Positions 50,352 to 63,631 of a DNA stretch of 64,000 nt are shown piece by piece. Numbering within the stretch: position 1 is the stretch's first letter; every line of letters starts with the position of its first letter. A program made the translations under genes and the position numbers. Origin of the DNA: Azolla caroliniana (lineage: Eukaryota; Plantae; Polypodiophyta); NCBI GenBank assembly GCA_043228905.1, contig JBHGNT010000022.1, forward strand, positions 248,001 to 312,000. Reading direction: 5' to 3'. The notes beneath the pieces were generated by a model that did not search any database, had not been told where the DNA came from, and saw nothing but the letters and a program-made list of their open reading frames with translations.

Positions 50352-53300
50352 TGTTGTCTGCCTGGCCGGACTAGCCTCAACACAGGTGTCTATCCGACAC
50401 TTCTCCAAAGGGGTGGTAAGGATTGGATGCTAGGTTACACGCGTAAGATGATTACAATTAAGCACAGACGGTAAAACAATATGAAGATACAGATAAACAC
50501 GCAATAATTACTTTTGTATTACTTCCGTCAAAACCTTTACAAATCATCGGATCCTTTTATAGGCATCCGGCAAGGTTACAATCGGTGCGCTTAGGCAACC
50601 GGCATCCGAATCGGTCCGAATCCGGATCGGTACAACTGTACCGGATCCGTCCCTCCGAATAATAATTATACTATTATTTACTTCCTATTATCCGATCCGA
50701 CTCCGCCTTCCCACTTGTCCTTGCTCTTCTGACCGGTCAACACATGGCACGCCCGTGGGAAAGTGCCTTGCACTTCAAATCCACTCCCGGCCTCATTCTT
50801 CCTCCAAAATATCGAGCACACTCTGCTCGATGGGGTCAAGTGGTGCTTCTTCCTCCAATTCTTGTTCCTTGCCTGCCTGGTCTCCGACCTCCGGTTGGGT
50901 TGGCTGTTCCGTAAAAATTTGCTGCTCCGGCTCTGCTTGATTCTGTGGTGCCGGTGCTTCCTCACCGCTCCATCCGGGTTCTTCCTGTTCTCCCTCCGTT
51001 CCAGGCTCTGTTCTGTTACCAGTGTCGCTTTCTCCGGTCTCGACTGGTCGGCTCGGTGCGCCTTCTTCCTCTGCAATGGTGTCTTCCGGTCTCAGCTCTT
51101 CTTCTTCTCCGGCATTGGTCTGCTCCTACTCTTCTTGATTTTCTTCGAACGGAAGTTCTTCCTCGGGTATTCCTTGTCGGGGTTGTTTGGTGTCAGTTGG
51201 TTCAACTTCAACCGGTCGCTCTCCCTCACTTATAGTGATTGGCGTCGTTCTTCCCTTGGCTTCCTGTCTTAACCGGTCCTACTCGTATTTCTCCAACTCC
51301 AACTGAGTTGCGAGCTGCCCGTCATCCAACCTCTCTACCGACCCTCGGATTTCTTTGAGATGTTCTTCCACTAAAGCGTAGAAATCCTCCGACAATTCTT
51401 CCCAAATGGCGACGATACTTTCTTCATCCATCTTGTAGAACTTGTCACCGGTCTTCCTCCGATTCTCGGCATCAGCTCGGAGTGTCTGCAGCTCGGCTGC
51501 CTGTTGTGACCACTCCTTCCATAGCTTTTCCGTACTTTCGTTGATGCTTGCCTGAGCTCGGGTACTCCAACCTGACATGATGAGCTTGATCCGGTCAACC
51601 CCCGCCTTAGCATGCGCATAAGCTTCTTGCTTTTCCTTCCTTGCCCGTTTTATAATGTCGGCCATTATCTGAGCCTGGGCCTCGTAATCCGCTTTCTACT
51701 TTTCATAGGTACTTTGTAGTTTGTTGATCATGAAGGTCGATCTTTCCTTTTCTTCATTCCTGATCTTGGTCAGATCCAGCTTTTCCCGCCTTAGCGCCTC
51801 TGCTTCCTTCCTTCTCTCCGTCGCTTGGGTTATTTCCGCCGACAATGCTTCCTTTTTGGCACTGACCTCGTCCATTGTCTTAGCCAGGTCTAATCGGGTC
51901 TCTTTGAGCTGTTCTTTCAGCTTCTCTATTTGCCGGTCGTAGTCTGCTACCCGTTTCTTGTTGCCCGACTCGGCCTGCTTGTGATCTCGGTAGAGACGGT
52001 CGAAGTTCTCCGTCTTCTGCTTCAGGCGTCGGCTTACCTGAGCTCTTAACCGGTCGTCCCGGTCCTTCTGTTGTCGGAGTTCTTCCTGCAGTCGTTCTAT
52101 CTCCTGCTCGGCATGTCGACGCAATCGGTCCTTCTCCTTTTGCAGCTTCTCTTTTTCTTCTTGCAGTCGGTCATTAGTGGCTCGGCCTTTCCGGAGGCCT
52201 TCTTCCATTTTCCGTCTGTCGTCCTCCACCGCTTTCCGCTGCTCCCTTTCTTTTTCCCTTAATGCCTCCTAAGCTTTTAACTCCTCTCGTAAGGTTTCTA
52301 TTATTTTTTCGGTCTCAGGGCCGGTTTGCAAGGCTACCGGTTCCGGTTCCGGTTCTGGTTGCTTCCTTGTTGTCCCGACCGGCTCGGTGACAACTTGTGC
52401 TTGTTGAATTCTTTCCCTTGCCTGCAACAGCTCCCCTTGCATTTCCACGATCTGTGTTCGGAGCGCGACCAACTCCTGAGTTGTTGTATGCGCCAGATGT
52501 TGCCTACACGTTTCTTCTTCCTCTAACTCGTCTGCTACTCCCAATAACTGCTCCGAAAGCCATCTCAACCATTGTGGCTTTGTGCTTCCTGTGTCGGGGT
52601 AACCTTAACTTAGGTTGTTTTTCCGGCCTTTTCTCTAGCTCCGGCGCTTGTTCATTCCTCTTCTCTGGGATGACCGGTTCTCTGAAGTCCGGCAAAACCG
52701 GTGTCGGTGTTGCTTCCCTCGGTACGGGTTCCGGTACTGCTTCCGCCTCGGCTACTGGAGGTGGTCCTTGCGCCCTCTGCTGAGTTTTGTCAACTGGTGG
52801 AGCCGTTCCTTTCGCCCGTCTCTCCCGACCTTGTCTTGCTGGGAGTCTTACCAGTGGTTCGGATGAGTCTTCTGTTTCAGCTTCCTCCTCCGGTGCGGCT
52901 ACCAGACGGACCTTTTGTATAAAGACCTCTGGTTCCGGTTCCGGCCGTCGCAGCGTTATATTGATTGGTTTGAGTGCTACCGGTTCCTCCTCGGCCGATT
53001 TCCCTTTGCCTTTTCCTGCCGGTTTTGCCTTTGTTGCCGGTTCCTGTTGCTGTCGGGATGGTCCTTCCCCCCGTTGTTCTGCTTCTTCCTAGGTCCATCC
53101 GGGGGTGTGTTTCTCCAGGATATGTCGGCGCTTTGTGAACTTTTTCGGCGTCGTCTCCTGCCGACCTCTTTTCTTTTGTTTGATGGGGAGCACCGGTGGG
53201 ACTAACACCGTTAGCCATTGTGCTATCCCAGCCCATGGCTTTTTTCCTTCCACAAGGTTCTTGATGGCCTCCTTCAATCCTTCGGTTATGAAATAGAGCC

Positions 53301-54188
53301 AGTCCACTTGTAATCCTTCGTACGTTGCAATTAAGAACGTTGCCCAGTACCTGGGTATGGCCGGGGGACGAGAATTCACGAATCCGTATTCCATCCTGGC
53401 GCAGGCCACTTCTCCGAACAGCAGGTTCTCTCCGCCCTGTGTACGGTATGCCTTGCTGCTGATGGAATACTCACCGAAATATTCGAACAGGATTTCACTT
53501 GAAGGGTTTTCGATCGTTTGAAGTCCTCCTGCTTTTATCCCCGTGAGCGCCTGCACCGCTCCTTCCGTGATTTTTGATAAATCAATTGATGTTGCCGCCT
53601 GCTCTTTTTCTGCGTGTGGTGGAGCGTCGGCGATCCGCAGCAATCCTTCTAACCCGTTCTCCCTCATCCATTGGCGTGCCTCCTTCGACAGTGCCATTGG
53701 TTCGAATTCGTCTTCTGCTGTCTGTTGTTCGGGATTGGGATGTGTGTGCGCTGTGCGTCGGATCGCTCTTCTGTGCTTCTGCGCCTGTGTGTAGGAAAAT
53801 TCATAAAAAGTAAGGCCTTCGTAGGCCTGTGTCTTATATAGTGGCTTTTGCCTCGAGCCGCCCTTTTTCGTTTCCCGCGCATGTCCATCTCCCGCCATAA
53901 TTAGTATGTCCTTTCTTGCTTGCCGCGTGTGAGTGCCCACGTTCCATGCTTTAAATAGCAAGTACGCGCACGTCCTTCTTTACTGCATGGCACCTCTTCG
54001 TTGCATGGTGGCGCTCCCACCTCTTGTGATCTCCCCATCACTACTATGATTTTTTTTTTTTTTTTTTCCGGATCGGTACAACTGTACCGGATCCGTCCCT
54101 TCGAATAATAATTATACTATTATTTACTTCCTATTATCCGATCCGACTCCGCCTTCCCACTTGTCCTTGCTCTTCTGACCGGTCAACA
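50352..54188. mobile_element. Tat/Athila-like LTR element lacking gag-pol; full LTR 50352-50742, partial LTR 54068-54188; imperfect TSD AAACA/AGACA
   Basis: TGTTG...CAACA termini; 121 bp shared between the two ends; tRNA-Arg-like PBS TGGCACGCCCGTGGGA at 50745; the Copia frame GED|RHILGM rejoins. Confidence 0.8.
51279..53672 (-). pseudogene. Accessory retrotransposon ORF: globular N-terminus (..GLQVDWLYFITEGL..) plus long coiled coil, broken by stops
   Basis: ORFs 53089-53961, 52269-52568, 51696-52229 and 51279-51665 on the minus strand; TATA-like CTATATAAG at ~53833-53841. Confidence 0.6.
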
Positions 54189-57100
54189 AGACACATACTG
54201 GGCATGAGGATAGAGCGAAATCGGACGACCAAAACTCTCCGACTCTCCCAGTCTGAATACATCCGCAAGGTGCTGAAATGCTTCAACATGGAGAATGCGA
54301 AGCCAACACAGACACCGCTTCTGACGTCCATCAGAATATCGGACAGAGACTCTCCTTCGACACACAAGGAGAGAGAACTTAATGGAAAGATACCCTACGC
54401 ATCGGTAGTAGGAAGTATCATGTATGCAATGGTGGCGACCCGACCCGACCTAGCCTATGTCGTAGGGATGGTCAGCCGGTACATGTCAAACCCAGGAAAG
54501 AAGCATTGGGAGGCCATCAAGCACATCCTTAGGTATCTAAAAGGAGCCTTGGATGCACAGCTGACTTTTGGACTGACAACCTCAGCCAAAGTCGAAGGCT
54601 ACACCGATTCCGACTATGCCGGAAATGCAGATAATTGGAAATCGACTTCAGGCTACATCTTCACCTATGGTGGTGGGGCGGTAGCATCGAGTTTGAAACT
54701 TCAAGAGGGCACGACTTTGTCTACCACAAAAGCCGAGTACATAACAACATCGGAAGCAGCAAAGGAAGCAATCTGGCTGCACCGACTAACTGCCGACTTC
54801 GGAACTACAAGCCGAAACAACCAACCAACGCCGACCATCTATTGCGACTCACAGAGCACAATACACCTAATAAACAATCTCTTCTATCATATGAAGACGA
54901 AGCACATTGAGGTGCGGTATCATCTTATCTGGGAGATCATAAACGAAAAGAAACTCGAAGTCCAGAAGATCGACAATGAGGTGAACATCGCCGATTGCCT
55001 CACGAAGCCACTCCCAGATCTACAGTTCAGAGCACTAAGGACGAAAATGGGGCTACGACAAGTGACCGAGCAGAAGAAAACCGAACGAGGAGCAGAAGGT
55101 AAAATCTGATCGGAACAATAACGACACATCCAATACATCTGCCGAATCGGTTGCATGCCGACCGACTTGTAACATATAAACTTAGATCAATTTTGTAATC
55201 TAGGCTTACGAGGGAGATAACCCCAAATACTTGTACATGCAAGAAAGAGTAGTCCTTTTACGGGGGAGTTTGTTGGCATAAAAGGCCGACTCCTTCCAAG
55301 TTGTCCGTCCGAGTGTGAACTCTTCAATAAGTTAGGGCTTAGTATATAAGGGAATACCTAACATTTTATAGAGTGACGAGTGACTTAGAGACAAACTGAT
55401 TGTGCATTGTATCTCAGAGAGAGAGTGAGAACGAAGTAATAAAGCTTTCCATTAGAGCTTGCACTGTGTAAGTCCATGCCTATTCTATTTTCTATCTGCG
55501 TTGTTTATTGTTTAGAACCGACAACAGATCCATAAACGTTTCTACAAATCACACTCGTTATCAACATGTAAGTGGGACGCTGGATTTTGGCATCCTCTAC
55601 AGATCAGGCACACTGATTCGACTCGAAGGGTACAAGGATGTCGATTGGGCCGGCTACGAAGCCAACAGACGAACAACATCAAGATTCTCTTCTCTCTCGG
55701 TAGCAATGCCATACCATGGTGCTTTGGAAGTAGCCGACAGTCGCACTATCGAGCATAGAAGCAAAATATAGGGGCGCAGCCGTGGTAGCATGTGAAGTTA
55801 TTTGGTTGAAGCAAATCTTGAAGGATCTAGGCATTCCCATCAAGGATTTGATTCTCCTCTACTACGACAACGTGAGCAGTATCCACCTAGCATGCAACCC
55901 AATATTCCACGCTCAGACCAAGCACATTGAGTTGCACTACACTTCATCCAAGAACATCTCCTGGTTGGAGATATCAACCTACAACACATCAATACCAACT
56001 TGCAAACAGCCAACATCTTCACAAAAGCCCCTCACATCGATAAGCTACGGTAGTTCACGAAGAACCTCGATCTCTCGATCACCGACCAACCGAGCTTGAG
56101 GGGGGGTATTGTAGATTTTTTATCAATCTGTCCTTTTGAAATTTAGATATTGGATGAAGAAGTTATGAGCATTTTTCTCTACGTAAATCTTCGTATCCAC
56201 GCCTTGCTTTTTGTTGTTTTTTTCTACTTTTGAAAACCGCTTCTAACATTATATCCCTTTAAGTTCCTTCCTCCTTTAATACTAGATATTTTCACATCAT
56301 TGTTTATTCTTAAACATCTTAGCATCCAACGTATTTGCTATAGTCTTTTCTTACGAACAAAAATTGACTTCACACTAAACATAGGAGTGGAAGTATCATT
56401 ATTTATAGACATTGGCAAAAATGGGGAGCCCGAAGATATCATTTTTGAAGATCAAATTGAGGGTATAACCTCACCTTTGTGGTTACATGATTGTTGAAAC
56501 AATGTAGGATATGATTGTTTTTAGTAGGAAAACCATTTGTAAAAGTTTGAAGTCTTGTGATGGACATTAGAAATGATGTTCTTTACACATGCAAGGACAA
56601 AAAAACCTACATAGTTCAAGTCAACAATAACACAGTTCACAAGAAAGAGGGCAATCACTTCATGGACAATGAAATTTGAGGCCAACCTATTATTAGTTTA
56701 TAATCGCAATATTGTTGAAAGTACAATAGAAATATGAACACATGTCTAGGCACACACTCTTTAAGGGAGGGGACTCATTGTGCATAAGGAGCCGACACCC
56801 AATACCCAAACTTGGCATCAAGACCATACCTGAAAAAATGAATGCATATATAGCTATCTCCCATATTAAGCAAATGTTTGTAGGTGGTCACAATGTCAAG
56901 CCTTTCCACTCCAAGGTTTCGTCGAAACTCTTTATTTAGATTGACCCGATAATCTATGACCTAATTTGTCCTTTTCACTACACTATTTCGCCACCAAATG
57001 ATTTTGTTGTATATTGATTCTTTCACTCGAAGGTGCTCAACAAGTAATGGTCATTGTATCAAAGTTTCCTTGGCATTGTCTTAGCATCAAACTTTACTTT

Positions 57101-58489
57101 TGAGCCTACCAAAGAGAAATCTCATTTTTGTACAATTCATTTGAACCTTTCGCAATCACTTCTATTGCTCAATGAAGCTTGTCAACATCAACAATTGACA
57201 TCACCATCAATTTACGTTATGCCTTTTGAATCATGCTTTATGCATGTTTTGTCCAATGCATATGAAGCTTTCTCAATCACTTCTCTCTCATATGATGAAC
57301 CCCATTAACATCAATATTTGACAAATCATAAAAAAACTTAACATTGTTTCGATCATTTGGTTTTGGCAATATAGACTTATCATGGATGGATACTTTCCTT
57401 GGTTTACGATGATTGGTGTATCATGTGGATTCATCATATAGGACTTCAACTTGAAAACAAACTTCCTAACAAAAAGTGGTATATCAATAAATATATCTAA
57501 AAGTAAGAACAATCATTTAGACAATTAGATAAACTAATCACAAAAAAAGTTCATCTACTAAAATGAATAGCACAATTAGTTTTTTCGTCCTCAAAGAATT
57601 CAAATAGTAAAAATTTAGAAGAATACATATATTAATTCTCTGATATGAAAAAAGGCATCCTTGATCATTCTCAAAATTTATATTAAATATATGTTCTCTT
57701 GAAAGGAGAAACTCTCATCCTGTTTACTATTTCAATAAATTGTGGTTGAGATTTTGCAATGTAAACCTCTTGTCAAATATAGATGGATCATATTTTCATT
57801 TCTAGAGGGTCAAATATGTGTGACCTTTGTGACCAACACTAAAAGATTTTCACTTCACATGTGGAGTATAGTACAATTCTCTAACAAAATAACAAGCACA
57901 TAATGTTTTTTCCCACAAAAAGGTTGCTTTCCCATTAATTAGGAGAGTTTTGTTTTTTACAAAAATATACAATGTTGTTGCACAACTCACAACAAATGTA
58001 TACTTATTACTCACATCATATATATATATATATATTAGGGTATCAACCCCGGCTCGACTTGAAAATAAGAAGAACAAAGGCTACATACATATCTTGTCAT
58101 CATAGAATGAACCATACGTATCATACGTGCATTCACATTTGAGAATGATTCAATCAAACATGTATGGTAAATCGTCTCGAAGTTGGATTGGATTAACAAG
58201 TTTAATTGGATTGACTATGGTCTATATTATATATTAATTCACTCTAAATCCCAATAAGTGAACTCTAATCCATTGTGAACCACCAACATAAGTATGGTTG
58301 CAATATTTGCATTGTATCTCATGCATACCTTTGGGATGCTTCTTAAGAATCAAGGCATCTCTATCCTCCTCACTTTAGAACCTTACAAAAAAATGAGTAT
58401 TAACTATAGAGATTGAATCAAAATATGTCACTATAAATTATAATCAAACATTTAAAAACTAATAAAACGTATATTCAAGAATATGAAGA

Positions 58490-58990
58490 AAACATGACAT
58501 ACACAATAGTAGCATTTACCACTAGGGTGAGCTAATTTCTAATACAAAGAAAGAAAAAAAAGGAACATAAGACTATCATAAAATTTTGCCCTGACATAAT
58601 TTCTAATAACAAAGAAAGGAAAAAAAGGAACATAACACTAACATAAAAATTTGTCATGACATAATTTCTAATAACAAAGAAAGAAAAAAAAGGAACATAA
58701 CACTAACATAAAATTTTGCCATGACATGACACAAACGAGAAGATATGACAAAATTAAGAATTGAACCCAAGACATAGACAATAGTAGCATGACAACTTAC
58801 CACTAGGGTGAGCCAATTTCTAATAATAATGAATGAAAGAAAAAGATAAAACAAATTTAACACTAACATAAAAATTTGCTACGGCACAACATTAACGAGA
58901 GAGAGATGAGAAAATTGGGAATTGAACCCAAGACATAGATAAAAGTACAATAACAATTTACCACTAGGTTGAGCTAATGTATAATAATAA
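58490..58990 (+). repeat. Degenerate local tandem duplications (A-rich)
   Basis: Repeated ATTTCTAATAACAAAGAAAGAAAAAAAAGGAACATAA and TTACCACTAGGGTGAGC units. Confidence 0.7.
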
Positions 58991-59897
58991 TTAGTGAAAA
59001 TAAAATACAAAAATTAGCATGCATTTTTCCCTTTTCTAACGTGTTCGTTTTCAAACGTTTGAATGCTTGCATGAACACATATATTACGTTCTATGCCTGT
59101 CATATTGTCTACTAGAAGAAACATATATCTATGGGTTTTCCAAACACAAATATGAGGTGACATCCTACTAGAAAGATAACATATTTTTTATTAAAGTTCT
59201 TGTTTGTGCTCCCTACAAACCAATCAATTTGCACCCTTGAATTTTTGGAAGATTCTTCTTAGGAAGCACAAAAAATATTATCTCACATAGATAGATATCC
59301 CTTCACCTTGTTTGTTACACATTATAGGGGCCCATCCGCAAAAACATGCAGCTCAAGGGTTGTCCACAAATCATTAACAATTGTTACTGAGCATGAATAC
59401 AAATTGTATATTATTGTGAGTTATTTTATTCTTCCCCTATTGAGTAATTTTACTACAAATTGTGATATTGATGTATAAGATCTTCCTAACACCACAGTCT
59501 AGTTTTTTTACTCTTGAGTCACGTGACATAACGAGAGAGTTATGGTTATTAAAGTTTCATTGTACATGTTATTAAGTGAGTTTATTTAGAAAACGCATCG
59601 AAAGACATATCAAGATAGAGGATTGTGTTTCTTTAGTATATGTTAATGGGTGCTTGTACAAGAGCTTGAAATTGAACTCTAGGCCAATGAATGAATTGTA
59701 GGTTCACAAGATTCGTTTTTTCTAAAAGTACAAAAAAATGTATATTAGCAAAAGGAGATAACAAAAGGCAAGTTCAAAATATTTCTTTTACATGGTCATT
59801 TGCGACCTTCTAATATCGATCAATTGTTATAGAAGAAAGAAGATGCATAAGATTCTTAAGAGCTTGATGTGGAAACATGCCGAATCTATGTTGTAAG

Positions 59898-60223
59898 TAG
59901 GGATCGGCAATGGCTCTACTCAAGGCTAAACCGTTTGGCTTAGCCGGCTTAAAGCGGCTTAGCGGCTTAGCAGCTCGGCTCGGCTCGGTTTAGGCTTGAA
60001 CTTGCCTTCACGGTTTGAGCTTGGCTCGGCTTGGCTTGAGCCTCGCCAAATTGGCTCAAGCCGGTTAAGCCGTTTATAAAGTTTAGAGAGAGGGGGAGAG
60101 AGAGAAAGAGAGAGAGGGAAAGAGACCACAGACAAGGGGAAAGAGAGAGAGAGAGAGAGTGAAGGAGACTAAACAGATGATGGGAGAGAGAGAGTGTGAG
60201 GGAGGGAGAACTACACAGACGAG

Positions 60224-60254
<31 letters not shown>

Positions 60255-60396
60255 GTTTCCAAGCCGGTTCACAAACCGGTTTAGGCTAAAACGGTTCAGT
60301 TCAGGTTTGAGATCCCGTAAACGGTTTAGGCTTAGCCGGTTTGGCTTGGATCAGGCCAAACCGGCTAAGCCTAAACCGAACCATTGCCGATTCCTA
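59898..60396. mobile_element. hAT-type MITE (499 bp)
   Basis: TIR TAGGGATCGGCAATGG / CCATTGCCGATTCCTA; 8-bp TSD GTTGTAAG/GTTGCAAG; subterminal AAACCG/AAGCCG repeats; central (GA)n. Confidence 0.9.
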
Positions 60397-60845
60397 GTTG
60401 CAAGGATTATTTTTCATAATATTAATGTGGCCTCACATTTTAATCTAAATTTGTTAGGATAAGACTGAAGTATGCCAGCTCCTTCTCCTTTCTTCTACCT
60501 CGTCTTCGATTCGGGTGCGCTCAAATCAAGCGTGGTGTTCCTCTTCGCCTACCTCTACCCGCTGATGATCCACCATTCCGCACTCCTTGTTCTGACCGTA
60601 AGGTCCATAACCCTACAATAGCTATTTTTCATAATATTAATGTGGCCTCACATTTAAATCTAAATTTGTTAGGATAAGACTGAAGTATGTCCTTAGTCAA
60701 GTTTTGTATGGTCTTCAAACCCTACTACTCCTATGTTCAATACTTCACAACACGATATTCTAAATTTCGTTTTTACAGATAAAGTTTGATTTAGGAAAGA
60801 GTCGTGCTCTTTTCTTTTATGTGCTCCACAATTATTGTTGTCTCC

Positions 60846-63530
60846 TGTTAAGAATAAGGTAAGTAATTAAGGAAGGTTTAATTACTACCTAATTATGTGA
60901 TTAGTTGATAAGTAGAAGATTATGTGATATGTGTGTGTATGTGTGTGAGAGGAAGAGAGAGAGGAAGATGCACTTATGAACAACACAAGATGGGGGATGA
61001 GTAACTATATTAAATTAGCATTATCATCATCAAATACAAAAATACCCACAATGAGGTATATATAGATCTCATGTGCAAGGGTGCACATGTGTGAGGAGAA
61101 TATTGGTACAAGGGTGTAAGTCCTATATTAAATGTACTTGGGAGTGGAGGATCTAGAATATCCCACCTAAGTAGAAGGTTCTATTTGATAGGAACTGCAC
61201 GCTCCATATGCGCAATGCTCGGCCACAATCGAGCTTAGAATCATACACAGAAAACGGGAAATGAAACCCACGACTCAAAGGCGAGAAGAGTACACAGGAT
61301 GTTTAACGTGGAAAGCCCTGAGAGGGAAAAACCACGGGAGTCCACAGACTCCAAACTATCAATATAGAAGAATGTACAATGGTGGAGCACCGAGGCAACG
61401 ACCTCGAGCTTGCTATCTTCACCACACTCAGCGGTTACAACAGAGATACGAAACCTTCGTCTCTCTCTCTCTCTCACTCTGTACACTGTTACGCGCTCTC
61501 TCTTTTTGCACCAACAAGAATGACAACGACTCTAATAATAAGTTTGCCCTAAGTCATATTTATACTAATATGACTTTTCAACTATTTACAAATATAGCCT
61601 CGATGGACTCTCAGAAACATATTTACGAATATGTCTCTTCATCCGGTGAGCACTCCTCACCGAGCCTGCATCATCTGGCGCTTGCCGGGTACTTGCCATC
61701 CGGTTCTCACCGGGTCTTCTGTTTCCGGGTACTCCTCATCCGGTTCTCACCGGGTCTGCACCATCCGGCTCTCCGTAGCCGGGTACTGGTCATCCGGTTT
61801 CGGCCTCGGCCGAGTTTACTCATCAACATTGTTCTTCTCCCTTCCCATCCGGAGGGACCTGTCTCCCAACACTATTTAAGGCATCATAGTCAACAGTTCT
61901 AGCTAGATTCTATGTAGGTAACTACGAAGTTACATGGTTGACTAACTAACTAAACTAAGTTGAGCTTGATCTCTCAACACGCCCCCTCAAGCTCAAGTGT
62001 GAGGTGTCTAACATCCGGTTTTGCTTTCGGCGTTGTCTGGCTTTTGATGTCGGCTTTTGTGCGACTTCCGTCCGGCCTTCGGCCTTCTTCGCCATGGCAA
62101 TCTCTAGTCCTCCCTCTCAAGCCATGGCAATCTCGGGTCCTCCCCCTCAAGCCGGTGACGAAGGCTTGTAGATTGTGGGCAAAGGCCGACTACTTCCACC
62201 CATCGTGGGTCACGAGCCACTTCGGTGGAGCTCTTAGGCTCTTGTTCGGCCGCTACCTTCATTGTGAAGGCATAATGATGGGCCATGTACTCGTTGTAGC
62301 CACGTAGAGGGACAAGATTCTTCTCTCTAGAAGAACGTCGAAGTTTTTCACTTTGGAGGTACGAGGTGAATTCATCAGAGAAGTACTCCTTGCCTCCATC
62401 TGATCGTAGTCATCGAATGTGCCAACCGGTTTCTTTTTCGACTAGAGCTTTCAGAAGTGGTAGAGCACTTCACTCTTCTTCATCATCGGAATGATCCACA
62501 TGTAGTAGGAGTAGTCATCGATGAAGGTGATGTACTATCGGTATCGACCGATCGTCGGCGTTTGAGCCTGTCCCTATACATCCGAATGTATGACGTCGAG
62601 GAGGCCTTTGCTTGCGTAGCTCTCCTTCGGGAATGGGAGTCGATGTTGTTTGCCGAGTTGGCATGCTTTGCATACTCGGTCGACTCATTTCGACTTGAAT
62701 GTCGGAAGTCCGATGAAGACTCCCTTTAATTGCATTGCTTGAAGTCCTTGGAGGTTGATGTGGCTGATTCTCTTGTGCCACAACTTGATGCTTGTCTCGG
62801 TTTTGAGACCTTTGGCATACATGACTGATTTCACCTCGTTCGAATCGAAGATGAACATGGGACGGTCTCTCCGTCCCTTGGCTATGAGTCGGCCATCTTT
62901 CTCATTGAAACAACCTTCGTTGTTGAAGCGAACTTGCATGCCTTGCCCCACGATTTGGTTGACAAAGACCAAATTCTTCGTTATTGTAGGCACATGCAAG
63001 ACATTCTTGATGCAAGTTTGCTCTCCTTCTTTCACGAATGGGACATTGCCGATGTGCCGAATGGGATGTGTGGTGTCGTCTCCTGTCTCTATGAAGCAGT
63101 GTCGGTCGGGCGTTCGTAAGTCATAAAACCACTCTTGGTGTGACGTCATGTGATGTGAGGCACCGGAATCGATGAATCACACGTCTTCCAAATTGGAGGT
63201 GCTTGCAGAGTCGGAGGTGGACATAGAGTTCGCTCTAAGCCTCATTACGAATAGTCTGCCGTAGTCGTCGTATTCGGAGTTGGCGGCGTAATTCGTGAGT
63301 TGTCGACTTGTCGAAGCCGACTCGCTTCTTCTTTTTCAGCACTCCTCCTCGCGGTGGCCCAATTTTTCGCAATAGTTGCAAGTTGCGGGCGTCATTCGCC
63401 GACCTTGTTCGGCATGGAAGCTCCCCCTTCTTCCGAAGGTTGCTCGATGGCTTATGTGAAGGTTTGAGTTCCCTTCGTTTGATGGGCCGAATTGGCCTCT
63501 TCTACCATCGTTGTCGTGAAGATTTTCGGC
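60846..63530 (-). mobile_element. Internally deleted Copia (family A) with 3' LTR ~60846-61979; lacks RT/RNase H
   Basis: Minus-strand CCHC (CNYCEKLGHREEEC), protease, GAG-pre-integrase and partial INT, then MAHHYAFTMKVAAEQEP..RWVE, which jumps to the 3' UTR and PPT GAGGGGGCG|TGTTGAGA. The left LTR boundary is less certain. Confidence 0.8.
61186..61871 (-). mobile_element. Solo LTR related to the 23583 Copia LTR; TSD CTATT
   Basis: Starts TGTTGGGA on the minus strand and shares ATATGACTTAGGGCAAAC and CTCCCGTGGTTTTTCCC; CTATT at 61181-85 and 61872-76. Confidence 0.9.
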
Positions 63531-63631
63531 AATGGTGTGAAAATCAAATAAAACTACAATAAGATGGAGGTCTTCAAGAGATTTCAAATGTGCCTTACCA
63601 CATAAAAAACAAACATCTAAGTGACAAGTTA

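Larger units (their letters stand above)
46337..55566 (+). mobile_element. Old Copia; LTRs 46337-46625 and 55271-55566; TSD TGTAA; contains two nested insertions
   Basis: PBS TGGTATCAGAGC at 46628; Gag (KFDGKNFALWK), protease WLLGSGATFH, LRSDNGGEY, YGLKQAPR and YTDSDYAG; PPT GGGGGAG; LTRs are clearly diverged. Confidence 0.92.
11631..56110 (+). mobile_element. Old Copia element (family A) acting as the nest host; segments 11631-13671, 31340-32663, 45297-46336 and 55572-56110; 3' LTR not found
   Basis: LTR TGTTGAGAATC...TTCTTTACA at 11631-12026, PBS TGGTATCATAGC. Gag/protease/INT/RT/RH segments are collinear with the 17322 element and rejoin across each insertion with a TSD. Confidence 0.85.

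Noticed and set aside
56095-56130. 3' LTR of the host Copia after GAGCTTGAGGGGGGG
   Set aside because: The downstream sequence does not match the 11631 LTR; this purine tract corresponds to the ORF-end copy seen at ~22141.
56110-59890. Host gene or identifiable transposase in the AT-rich interval
   Set aside because: There are only short ORFs with no recognisable motifs and no supportable exon chain.
61261-61902. 213-aa ORF and the many similar short or antisense ORFs in LTRs and pol regions
   Set aside because: They lie in LTRs or microsatellites, or are shadow frames of TE genes, with no domain signal.
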